Origin: a virus
Taxonomy: Duplodnaviria > Caudoviricetes
DNA: 63,636 nucleotides
Strand: one strand, 5' to 3'
Virus record (IMG/VR): IMGVR_UViG_3300027370_000004
Location: 1-63,636 of that record
Shown here: positions 18,537-27,198 of the stretch, one piece after another
How the letters are laid out: every line of letters begins with the position of its first letter
How positions within the stretch are numbered: the stretch's first letter is position 1
The notes under the pieces: generated by a model
What the model was told of the DNA's origin: nothing
The model's input: the letters and a program-made list of their open reading frames with translations, nothing else
The model's database searches: none
Made by a program: the position numbers and the translations under genes

Positions 18537-18809
18537 ATGAGAGTGCATCTCTATTCCTCCATTGAGCCAATCAAGAAGTGGGAAGGATCAAGGGTAGCGT
18601 TGTGCGGCACTGAGATTGCCGAGGCGCGGCCAGTCTTAACTCTGAATTTAGCTTCTGGAGAGCTTGAGGCGATGAGCACTTTGTTACTTTGCAAGGAGTG
18701 TTTGGCGGGGGCAAGGATTACCGTGGAAACGCGAACGTGGATTTACGGCATTGCGCCCGCAGATGAGGCTTTGAAGATCAACCGCAAAATAGGAGGACCG
18801 GATGAGTAA
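18537..18809 (+). CDS. Hypothetical zinc-finger-like protein
   Basis: ALCG...LCKEC; coupled. Confidence 0.5.
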   Translation: MRVHLYSSIEPIKKWEGSRVALCGTEIAEARPVLTLNLASGELEAMSTLLLCKECLAGARITVETRTWIYGIAPADEALKINRKIGGPDE

Positions 18810-19086
18810 GGCACCTTACGTCAAAGTGCTTGCGAAGGCGTTAAATCAGCCGCCTATCGCCAATAACAAGCGCAGCCGAGCCGAACTAGAGAAGGCCGCT
18901 GAGGAAATAAGCGCCATGCTAAAAGGGCCAATGTGCTACGAGGAACGATTAATGCTTGTGGCCGACCGTTCCGCGATCCGCGCAACGATTGCAGAAATAG
19001 ACAAGGAAATCTCCGAACGCGCGGAACTGGTCCGCCTGACACAGAAATACGCTATCAATCGCAAGCTGGGAGAAGGAGAAGTATGA
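18802..19086 (+). CDS. Hypothetical coiled-coil protein
   Basis: AGGAGG RBS; coupled. Confidence 0.55.
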   Translation: MSKAPYVKVLAKALNQPPIANNKRSRAELEKAAEEISAMLKGPMCYEERLMLVADRSAIRATIAEIDKEISERAELVRLTQKYAINRKLGEGEV

Positions 19087-19862
19087 GCAACGAACAAGAA
19101 TTAATCCTGACGCCTCCGGAACCAGTTCCTTCGGAGGATAAGTGGGAGCGGTTGATGCGCGTGGCGATTGAGCGCGGATCGGGGGCGGAGCAGTTCGCAA
19201 TGCTGGTAGATGCAATAACCAAGGCCCAGCGAGAGGATGCGCGGCGGGAATTCGAGGCCGCACTCGGGCGTTTCAAGGATCATCTTCCTGTCGTATTCAA
19301 AACGAAGAAAGTTACTTTCCCCACCAAAGATGGGAAGGAAACTGGATACTCTCACGCCGAACTTGAGCTAGCTTCCGAGATTTGCGGCGACGAACTCCGC
19401 AAAGAAGGATTGATTCATACTTGGCGACCGAGCGAAGGGGCAAATGGACGCACTGTAGTGACCTGCGTGTTCCGTCATTCCGCGTCCGGCCACGTAGAAG
19501 ATATGGCGACGTTAGGCGGACCACCGGATACTTCGGGATCGAAGAACAGCGTCCAGGCTATCGGGTCGACAACCTACTATCTTCAACGTTATACGCTATT
19601 AGCGGGATGCGGAATTGTGGCCAAAGGCATTGACGACGATGGCCGAAGCGCCGAAGGCATGGGAGAGAACGCGATCACCGATTACTGTATCCAGATGCAG
19701 GATGCGACGAAGATTGGACCGAAGGATGAAAAAGCTACTTTGCAATTCGTTTTCGGGGAATGCTACGCGAAGGCCAACCAAATGGGGGATAAGTCGGCGC
19801 GAGATCGCTTCGTCAAAGTCTATCAAGGCAGATTGCGCGAGTTGAGGGAGGTAAGACAATGA
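19083..19862 (+). CDS. erf: ERF-family single-strand annealing protein
   Basis: YSHAEL...HSASGH.E...DTSGSKNSVQAIGSTTYYLQRYTL...DDDG. AAGGAG RBS before ATG 19083. Confidence 0.9.
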   Translation: MSNEQELILTPPEPVPSEDKWERLMRVAIERGSGAEQFAMLVDAITKAQREDARREFEAALGRFKDHLPVVFKTKKVTFPTKDGKETGYSHAELELASEICGDELRKEGLIHTWRPSEGANGRTVVTCVFRHSASGHVEDMATLGGPPDTSGSKNSVQAIGSTTYYLQRYTLLAGCGIVAKGIDDDGRSAEGMGENAITDYCIQMQDATKIGPKDEKATLQFVFGECYAKANQMGDKSARDRFVKVYQGRLRELREVRQ

Positions 19863-20569
19863 GCGACCACGAGCAGGGGACTGACGGCTGGAAAGATGAA
19901 CGCGCCGGTAACATAACTGCGTCCCGAATCGACGACGTAATGGCAAAAGGCAAGAGCGGGAAGGAATCAGTCACCCGAAAAGCCTACCTCGCGCAGATTG
20001 TTTTCGAGCGGCTTGGGCATAAATCGCTTGAAGATGATAAGGGCAATTACTGGGACATTAAGCGCGGCAAAGATTTAGAGGGTATAGCGCGGGTCGAATA
20101 CGGTTTGCGGAATGACTACATCGTGGACACGGCGGGATTCATCAAGCACCCTCGACTTCCGTGGGCGGGATGCAGTCCAGACGGGCTGATCGGGAAATTG
20201 GGGATGGCTCAATTCAAATGTCCCCGCCGTCACGTCCATCTCGATTGGTACATGCGGGGAGCCGTCCCGGCAGAACATCGCGATCAGATGCTATTTGAAC
20301 TGGCCTGTCATCCCGAGCGCGAGTGGAGCGACTTTGTTTCTTATGTGGACGATCTAGCGGAACTCCCGCAATATCAATTATTTGTAGTTCGGCTCAAGCG
20401 GGACGCAGCGCGGATCGCGGAACTGGAAGCGGGAGCCGCCAAGTTTAATGCCGAAGTTGAGGCGCTTCTAGCCCGCCTAGCGAACAAAGAGAAGAGCTTG
20501 GAGGAATTACTGGGCGAAAGCCTAAAGATGGCCCAGAACGAACAGGAGCAGCCGGAAACCACAGTCTAA
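19859..20569 (+). CDS. YqaJ/lambda-exonuclease family recombination nuclease
   Basis: EQGTDGW..ER.G.ITAS, RG.DLE, GCSPDGLI, FKCP, DFVSY. Confidence 0.9.
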   Translation: MSDHEQGTDGWKDERAGNITASRIDDVMAKGKSGKESVTRKAYLAQIVFERLGHKSLEDDKGNYWDIKRGKDLEGIARVEYGLRNDYIVDTAGFIKHPRLPWAGCSPDGLIGKLGMAQFKCPRRHVHLDWYMRGAVPAEHRDQMLFELACHPEREWSDFVSYVDDLAELPQYQLFVVRLKRDAARIAELEAGAAKFNAEVEALLARLANKEKSLEELLGESLKMAQNEQEQPETTV

Positions 20570-21019
20570 GGAGAGAGCGCAATGGCAAAGTGCTATTTCA
20601 GCCGGGGAACAAACTGAACTTGCGGAAGGTTGAGGAGGAGGCATGACCGGAGCGGTTCTTTACGAAGATTGCCCTATGCGCACCAAGTGGGGCGGTCGAG
20701 TCTGCCGATGCGGGCGTTGTAAACAGTGCGGCCATCGCAAACACACGGCGATCCATGGACCGTTCGACGGCGGGGCTGAGGGATCAAGACCATTCGGGCA
20801 TGAGTTTGTAGAGCGGGGGCCTGAGCATGAAGAATGAATGGAAGCTCGGTTTGTGGTGGTCGGGATTTATTTTAGGCTGGCTATTGGGGGTAGTGGCGAT
20901 GGGGGCTTTGTGCTTCCATATAACTTATGGACGCTGGCCATAGGGCAGGGCTAACTTTCATCAGACAAGAGTGTGCCGCCCACTCACTCTGGAATACGGA
21001 AACAGGAAAGGAAGCACGA

Positions 21020-21664
21020 ATGGCGAAGCATGAATTGCAGCCGACCATTGAATCGACTTTACGCTGGCCTGATGGCTGGCCGCGAACGCTTATCGAGCAT
21101 CGCGCCTCTCGCACGGCGTGGAAGAAGCCTGTTATGGACTATCAGAAGGCGATCACACGTGAACTGGTAGCGATGAAGGTCACTGCTGCGAGCATTACAT
21201 TCAATCCGGGCAGTTCGCGCGATCCGGGCGTTGCCGTCTGGTATTCCTTGGAATCGGCTGAGGATGTGTCTTGGCAGATTGGCTTGCAAATCGACAATCC
21301 CGCTCCGACACTCAGCGAGATTGATTCGGCCTTTAAGCGATTGGCCCTGAAATGCCACCCGGACACGCATCCGAACGATCTTAGCGCCCTTGAGATGTTT
21401 AAGAAGCTTACGATCTTCCGAGAATCGGCCCGCTCTTACATTCTCGGAACCGCCGCTCCGAAGTTGGAAAACTGCATTCCGATGGATCAGTTTGTAGATG
21501 TGAAACAGAACTTGGCAGGAGTCCGCTTGTTTATTTCTTACCTGCGAGGGATGGAGCGTCTGGGCGGTCCGGCTGTCGTCAAACGAATTATGGAACGTAC
21601 ATTCCGCACCGCGTTAACCGCTGGTGCATCTACGGAGGAAACTAATGTCACTACCGCAGCTTAA
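21020..21664 (+). CDS. J-domain (DnaJ-like) protein
   Basis: LRWPDGWPRT N-terminus, DPGVAVW, and IDSAFKRLALKCHPD (HPD motif). Confidence 0.8.
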   Translation: MAKHELQPTIESTLRWPDGWPRTLIEHRASRTAWKKPVMDYQKAITRELVAMKVTAASITFNPGSSRDPGVAVWYSLESAEDVSWQIGLQIDNPAPTLSEIDSAFKRLALKCHPDTHPNDLSALEMFKKLTIFRESARSYILGTAAPKLENCIPMDQFVDVKQNLAGVRLFISYLRGMERLGGPAVVKRIMERTFRTALTAGASTEETNVTTAA

Positions 21665-22058
21665 CGGCGTCGTGGAGCCGGAATACGTGGAACCCGGCTC
21701 CGATCTAGGCAACGAAGTCGAGATGCTCCGCGCGCAGGTGACTGAGATGCAAGAGGATTTAAATATGCTCAAGAACATTCTGATGCGGCAGTACGGCGCA
21801 TTTAAGGCGTCCTTCGGCGATCAGGTCATTATGACTACGGACTCAGCAGACAAGTGGACGGCGATCAAGGCCAGACTCGCTCCGCGTCTCCGTGAAGCCG
21901 TGGAAATGTTGCAGTTACAGGGCAGCATGAAGCGCACGCAAATCGCCTCCGCGCTAAGGATGGATTATTCTAACTGCACGAAGAATGTTATCGGCGTGCT
22001 TAAGGCCCAAGGCTGGATCATCGAGAACAACGGTAGTCTCTCGCTCAAGCAACTATGA
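21645..22058 (+). CDS. Coiled-coil plus winged-helix protein
   Basis: C-terminal GSMKRTQIASALRM...IGVLKAQGWII wHTH pattern. Confidence 0.55.
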   Translation: MSLPQLNGVVEPEYVEPGSDLGNEVEMLRAQVTEMQEDLNMLKNILMRQYGAFKASFGDQVIMTTDSADKWTAIKARLAPRLREAVEMLQLQGSMKRTQIASALRMDYSNCTKNVIGVLKAQGWIIENNGSLSLKQL

Positions 22059-22261
22059 TCTGCTCCAAATGCTCTCGCGACAAGCATCCGCAACTGTTCG
22101 CGGAATCACAAAGGAAACTCAGATCAGAAGGACTTTACGGCCTTTGTATGGCGTGTAAGAAACTGGAACGAGAGAGGATTGACCGCTACAATCTACGCTC
22201 TGGGAATATACCGAGAGGGAAAGACTGGAGACATGCGCTCATTTTCAGAAACTCGAACTAA
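22055..22261 (+). CDS. Small zinc-binding protein
   Basis: CSKC...CMAC. Confidence 0.5.
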   Translation: MICSKCSRDKHPQLFAESQRKLRSEGLYGLCMACKKLERERIDRYNLRSGNIPRGKDWRHALIFRNSN

Positions 22262-22267
22262 TCCGCC

Positions 22268-22465
22268 TCACTGACTACACACTTCTCCAAACCCAGATTG
22301 CTCACAGGCAGGAAAACTCAGAACAGGGCAGCGGTCTTGCCCGTTCCTTGGCGGATACTTCGCTTCACATTTAGCCAGTTGCCGATCATTGAAGGCGTGG
22401 ACCCGGCGCTGTACCGCACATCCCGATAACAGCGCCAGACACAAGATGAGAGTCACATGGCGCAT
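22268..22465 (-). CDS. Small lipoprotein (o-spanin candidate)
   Basis: Lipobox LSGC after a hydrophobic stretch; at the end of the lysis cassette. Confidence 0.55.
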   Translation of the reverse strand: MRHVTLILCLALLSGCAVQRRVHAFNDRQLAKCEAKYPPRNGQDRCPVLSFPACEQSGFGEVCSQ

Positions 22466-22466
22466 C

Positions 22467-23060
22467 CTACTTCACCTGAAACTTCGGATTCACTGTGGCG
22501 ATCTTGGCATTTAGTTCTTTCTTGAACTGCTTCGCCGATTTCAGTTTGTTGAGGCGCTTCATTACTTCCTCATGTTCTGTTACTGCATCGGCGGGCACGG
22601 GCGTCAGCGATCCTTTGATGACAGGAATTAAATTGAGCAAGGCTTCCAATTCCTGCGCCCAATCAGCAAACAGGCCCGTAATCGTACTCTGGGTTTTCGG
22701 GTCTTTCACGTTCAAGGTAGGAAGTAAAGGCTGCAATTCGTCGAGCACCGCGGTAATCGCGCTGTCGATCTGGCCTAAGATTCCCGGTTGCGCTGTTGCC
22801 TCTGCCTTGTTGTAGTCCTGCACTAACTGGCCGACGATATTCAGTGAAGTGGTCGCTTTTGTGCTCCATGCTGTGAAGGCTGCGAGAACTGCTGGACCTA
22901 CGCCCAAGGTGCCGAGCAAACCGAGCAAAGCAGCGGCGGCGGGAATCAATGTTTGCAGAATGGAGCTTGCTTCGCCGATCCAATTGGCGGTGCACCCGAG
23001 GGCGAAGACAAGCAGATTGACTAGGATTACGAGAAGGCAGAGTCGCTGAAATGTTCGCAT
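22467..23060 (-). CDS. Helical lipoprotein (spanin-like candidate)
   Basis: Signal with ALG-C lipobox; AAGGAG RBS. Confidence 0.6.
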   Translation of the reverse strand: MRTFQRLCLLVILVNLLVFALGCTANWIGEASSILQTLIPAAAALLGLLGTLGVGPAVLAAFTAWSTKATTSLNIVGQLVQDYNKAEATAQPGILGQIDSAITAVLDELQPLLPTLNVKDPKTQSTITGLFADWAQELEALLNLIPVIKGSLTPVPADAVTEHEEVMKRLNKLKSAKQFKKELNAKIATVNPKFQVK

Positions 23061-23069
23061 AAGCTCTCC

Positions 23070-23445
23070 TTGAATTGTCCGCGAAGAGTGCTGTCGTTTA
23101 ACTCTTCGCGGGGTCGTGCTGCATTATGCGCTCGGCCACCTAGAGAGAGCCATCTGAGGCTGGAATTCCCGTTTCGCCGGTCCTCTGCGACAGCCCAGTA
23201 GCAGGATCACGTGTCGGCCCCCTTTACCCTCAGCCGCCTCGGGGACGAAAATGTCCGGTGATACTCTCTTTCGGTACAACGGCCTTGCTGTTTGTGGAAG
23301 ATCGTCACGACATTCCGTCGTAAAAGTCTATGAATTTATAAAACCTTCACCGGAGCCGCCCGTTGCGGGACGGGAAGTAGCGGCTCCGGCTTGCTTTTTC
23401 CCAAACAACTGTTGCCGACCTTTATAGGCGCAAGAGAGAGGAAAG
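23070..23445. ncRNA. Candidate structured non-coding RNA in the lysis region
   Basis: No convincing CDS in ~370 nt. Perfect stems at 23079-23089/23101-23111 and 23350-23359/23380-23389, plus nested pairings at 23134-23284. Confidence 0.45.
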
Positions 23446-23838
23446 TCAACTCTTATAGAATATCTGCCGCCCAATCTGCACCGTCTTGGTCATACTTTCT
23501 GCCCAAGCTGGAGGCTCTATTGTCGTGGCATAGTAACTCGTAGCGCCCTGCGTGAGGTCGTCATCCGTGCCTGCTGCAACCGCCTCGACAATCTGCCACG
23601 CATCCGCAAACTGTGGGTCTGGCACGACCGGGACATTTGTCAACTGTGGATCGTTCCAATAGGTCATGGAAGAAAACTGTAGTCTGGCGTAGACGATCTG
23701 CGCCCATGACTTCTTTTGCGCGATGGCCCGGTTATTAATCACGTGAGCGACTGCCCGCATTCCGTCATGACCTTCGCCTCGGCCTTCTCTCCAAATACAG
23801 AGCGCGGCGCACGATTTGTCGAAATCTTCCCAACTCAT
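23446..23838 (-). CDS. Endolysin, SleB-like cell wall hydrolase (Hydrolase_2)
   Basis: IWREGRGEG..GMRAVAHVINNR, QFSS, DLTQGATSYY, IGRQIFY. Confidence 0.9.
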   Translation of the reverse strand: MSWEDFDKSCAALCIWREGRGEGHDGMRAVAHVINNRAIAQKKSWAQIVYARLQFSSMTYWNDPQLTNVPVVPDPQFADAWQIVEAVAAGTDDDLTQGATSYYATTIEPPAWAESMTKTVQIGRQIFYKS

Positions 23839-24728
23839 AGCGTTGCCCAGTTCACTCCGGCAGCCTCAGCCACCTTCGGCTCTATGGCGGTGCATTCATC
23901 TACGTCGTCCCACGTGACCAAGGCCACAATAGGCACATTCGGAGGAATCGTCGCTATTTGCTGCTGAGCGAACTCGCCCTCATAGCTGTAGAGGATTCGG
24001 GCAGGCCCTCCCCACACGCTTTGAGTCCAATCTCGCTTCCCGCCCGCCGCGAGGAACGCTGTCATGCTCTGCACATTCGCTGGGAGGGGCATTCCTGCGT
24101 CATTAAAGCCCATACAGAAGCTCGCAACCTTCATGGCAGGGTTGGAGTGCTGGGATTTCAAATTCGCCACGCTAGCGGCATTGCAGGCGGGATTATCTGG
24201 GGTAAGATTCGGCGGGATGCTGATCCAGCTAAAGCCGGCGCCTTGGGCGAGAAAGTCGTACTGCGGAAACTGTTTGGCCAGTGTGCCGAGATTCGCGCCT
24301 GTATTGAAATCGAGGATAAATTTCTCTGGCACGTAGCTCGAAGCGTTCAGGATTGCGGAAGACGCGCTCAAGGAGTCGATGACGTTCTGCGTCGAGGGTG
24401 CGGTCACTACTCCGTTGGGCGGCCCAAGTTTAGCGCACCACGGGTCCAGAAGCAGGGCGTGCTGCATTCCGACTTCGGCACACATCTTCGCCATGAGAAT
24501 GGTGTCGCTATTCGACTCTGGCGCATAAATTCCCTGCCACGTACTGATTACAACGTCGATACCGACGGACTGCATTAGGGCAAGCTTCGTGGCGACAACT
24601 TTGGGATCGAGCGGATTGTAAGGTACGGCCCGATGAACGTGCCCGTCTCCGAGGTAACTCACGTGGTGTGCCGCGAGTCTGCCATTCCATCCCGGAAGCG
24701 AGTTTTGGAGCATTTCTTTGTAATTCAC
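23835..24728 (-). CDS. Glycoside hydrolase, GH99/GH71-like TIM barrel
   Basis: Y..LDP.VV...M...GIDVVISTWQG, GFND, VTWDDVDECTAIEP. Confidence 0.6.
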   Translation of the reverse strand: MNYKEMLQNSLPGWNGRLAAHHVSYLGDGHVHRAVPYNPLDPKVVATKLALMQSVGIDVVISTWQGIYAPESNSDTILMAKMCAEVGMQHALLLDPWCAKLGPPNGVVTAPSTQNVIDSLSASSAILNASSYVPEKFILDFNTGANLGTLAKQFPQYDFLAQGAGFSWISIPPNLTPDNPACNAASVANLKSQHSNPAMKVASFCMGFNDAGMPLPANVQSMTAFLAAGGKRDWTQSVWGGPARILYSYEGEFAQQQIATIPPNVPIVALVTWDDVDECTAIEPKVAEAAGVNWATL

Positions 24729-24882
24729 ATCAGCCCCTTTTCCAGATTATCTAGCTCCGCCAGCAGTCGCTTGATCTCCGCATCAATCACGTGAATCAGC
24801 GACGGATTTGTAGGTTTGGCGTTCTCTTTCTTCTCGATGGTTCTGAGAATAATGCGGCGCTTCTCGGCTCTCTCCGCTTCGT

Positions 24883-25251
24883 TCATTTCAAAAATCTCAT
24901 CAGGATCGTGATAGCAGTGAAGATGAAGCCTACCACGACAATCAGTGTGCGGTTAGAGCCTACGGACTCGCTGATCGACTTCGTTACTGCCTCCCGCCAC
25001 TTCGCGTTATCGTTGGTGAACTGTTCAAATAACTGCCTTGGGAGCAGCTCTTGCTTGTCGGCTGTTGCCTGAACGTGAGCGTGGTTTAACTCATCTAATC
25101 GCCGCAGAATTTCCAAATGATTCAACCTGACCGCCATTGCTTCCAGATCGGCGCGCAGCGTAGTCTTCTCCCCCAAATGGCCGATCTCCCGGTCGATAAA
25201 CTGGACGACCGGGAGGGTGACGTATATCTCGGTTGGCGGAGTAGCGCTCAA
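24883..25251 (-). CDS. Coiled-coil protein with C-terminal TM (holin/antiholin-like)
   Basis: RRLDELNH and a C-terminal hydrophobic helix; lysis context. Confidence 0.5.
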   Translation of the reverse strand: MSATPPTEIYVTLPVVQFIDREIGHLGEKTTLRADLEAMAVRLNHLEILRRLDELNHAHVQATADKQELLPRQLFEQFTNDNAKWREAVTKSISESVGSNRTLIVVVGFIFTAITILMRFLK

Positions 25252-25263
25252 TCGAACCTACCG

Positions 25264-25437
25264 TTAACTGTAGTAGCCGCCGAACAAGAAGGTGCCATCG
25301 CTACAAACGGCAGCGAAAGCGCCATTGATGGGAAAATTGTTATTCAACCAGTTGAGCACCCAATTGCTCGTCTGAGCATTCGGGTCCGAAGTGGTGGACA
25401 TTTGCGTTTTGCTCCACTTGTCTGGGGGTCCACTCAT
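25264..25437 (-). CDS. Hypothetical 57-aa protein
   Basis: ATGA overlap with the upstream gene; open frame MSGPPDKWSK...GGYYS. Confidence 0.45.
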   Translation of the reverse strand: MSGPPDKWSKTQMSTTSDPNAQTSNWVLNWLNNNFPINGAFAAVCSDGTFLFGGYYS

Positions 25438-25800
25438 GGCGTAATCCTCCGCACATCGTCATTTCCATCTACTGCCCACCAAAATCCGAGATCGGCGCGG
25501 CGGATGCTCTTGCAAGCGCCCTGCTCTTCCCATTTCGCGTGATCTGCAACATAGCCAACCCAAATCACGCTATTATTCGGAAAATCGTCGCAGCCCCGGT
25601 AGCGGAACTTGCCTTCTTCATCGTCGGTCATCATCCATTCGTTCGGGCCGATCTGCCGGAGAACCTTGATATTGTGCTCTGTCACCGTCTCGTAATGATG
25701 CCCCGTGAACGCATAGACCATCAAGCCAGAGCAGAGGGCCACAAATAAGATTGGCGCGTATCGCGCAATCCCATCATTTTTCCTTATTCCATTGCGGGCA
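25434..25800 (-). CDS. Membrane-anchored periplasmic protein (start uncertain)
   Basis: TM PILFVALCSGLMVYAF followed by a soluble domain. Confidence 0.45.
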
Positions 25801-26139
25801 TGGAAGATTGCTCCTACCGAGAAAGTTGCTAAAGACCTCGCGTATCTGCGATATGTCGCGGCCCAGGGATTCGCACTTGTCATGGAGATCGCGCTCGGCT
25901 TTTTCTCTTCGATCGGTCTCTTCAGCAAGACGGAGACCGAGTTGAGCAATGCTTGTCTGTACTCCTGTCTTTTCTTTCTCCTCCGCATGGTCATCCTTAT
26001 CCCAGCGGCGCTTAAAACGCTCAACCAGATAATTAGTAGCAACACCAGCCACAACAGCAAGAAATATGCTGGATGCGGCGAATACCCACCACGGGTTGAC
26101 CACGCCGTCAACGAGTATTGCAGAAAGCATAGCATCCAT
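25774..26139 (-). CDS. TM plus coiled-coil protein (holin-like)
   Basis: GGAGA RBS; N-terminal TM. Confidence 0.55.
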   Translation of the reverse strand: MDAMLSAILVDGVVNPWWVFAASSIFLAVVAGVATNYLVERFKRRWDKDDHAEEKEKTGVQTSIAQLGLRLAEETDRREKAERDLHDKCESLGRDISQIREVFSNFLGRSNLPCPQWNKEK

Positions 26140-26170
26140 CGCGCTCCGCTGTTCTCCCGCCCCCGAGAGA

Positions 26171-26467
26171 TTACTTCTGCGAATTCACTGCTGCCGTAGC
26201 CGCTACCGCCTGCGCCTGAGTCTTGGTTGCGCCCGTACCCTGTACTGAGGCAATCGCCACATTGTTTCGCAGCCAGCCCTTCACCGATCCCCAAATAAAT
26301 CCGCCCACAAATAGGCCGGCGGCAATCAAAGATGCCTTATTTGTCGGCAATCCGCCCCCGTAGGAAGTCAAGCCGCTGGATGCTCCAACTTCAAGTGCGA
26401 CGACAAAACTATGGAATTTGCCGTTCGCGGAATAGAGGGTAACGAGCTTCTGAACGAATGAATTCAT
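26171..26467 (-). CDS. Holin candidate
   Basis: Two hydrophobic segments; AGGAGA RBS; upstream of the endolysin. Confidence 0.5.
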   Translation of the reverse strand: MNSFVQKLVTLYSANGKFHSFVVALEVGASSGLTSYGGGLPTNKASLIAAGLFVGGFIWGSVKGWLRNNVAIASVQGTGATKTQAQAVAATAAVNSQK

Positions 26468-26483
26468 GGTTCTCCTTTGCGCC

Positions 26484-27005
26484 TTACTTTACTGGAATCT
26501 GCACATTATTTGCACGGACAAAGTTCGTTCCCGGAGGCACTAAAATCGCAACCTTATTCTCCTGCGGGGTTAGCTTAAATTCCAGCATTTGCGCCACAAT
26601 CGAAGAGTCTGTCACCGTGATGCTCAAACAGGTTCCCGTGCCGCTGCAAGGATCAGTCGCCGATGCCGCAAGCGTTAAGGTGTTAGTCAACCCGGTAGAG
26701 TTGCCGAGCGTTACGCCAGCGGGAAGTTTAACCGCACTCCACGTGTATGGCGCTGTCCCTCCGCTAACTGCCAACGTGACAGTCACAGCGGTATTCGGCA
26801 CGGCCTGAATGTTGCACAAGGCAAGGATTTGCGCGGGCGTGCAGACAATATTTCCTCCTGCGGTCGCATTTGCCCAAACAAGCTGCTGCACAAAGGTGAA
26901 GGTAAAATTCCCCGTGGTTGTCTGGCCTTGACCTTGGGCGGCAGCGAAAGCCGGCAACGCAAGAAATACCGATAACAGGGCGAGAGAGAAGAGTCTTAGT
27001 TTCAT
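26484..27005 (-). CDS. Secreted Ig-like (He_PIG-type) protein
   Basis: Signal MKLRLFSLALLSVFLALPAFA; SGGTAPYTWS...LPAGVTL; GGAGA RBS. Confidence 0.7.
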   Translation of the reverse strand: MKLRLFSLALLSVFLALPAFAAAQGQGQTTTGNFTFTFVQQLVWANATAGGNIVCTPAQILALCNIQAVPNTAVTVTLAVSGGTAPYTWSAVKLPAGVTLGNSTGLTNTLTLAASATDPCSGTGTCLSITVTDSSIVAQMLEFKLTPQENKVAILVPPGTNFVRANNVQIPVK

Positions 27006-27198
27006 GCAGTCTCCAAAGTTGCAACGATTCGGATTGATGCAAATAGCCTCGGGCGGTTCCGTCAGCCCCAGTTCCCACGGCTCCCTTGTGCTGGTTACAA
27101 AAGCGGCAGTAGCATCTTCGGACAGGTTGGATGTGATTTGCAGAATATAGTCGGCATCCACATGGCACTCAACATCTACGCCGCGAATTTGCTGCAAG

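Noticed and set aside
18933-19082. N-terminal extension of ERF
   Set aside because: It overlaps ORF 18802..19086. A strong RBS supports 19083.
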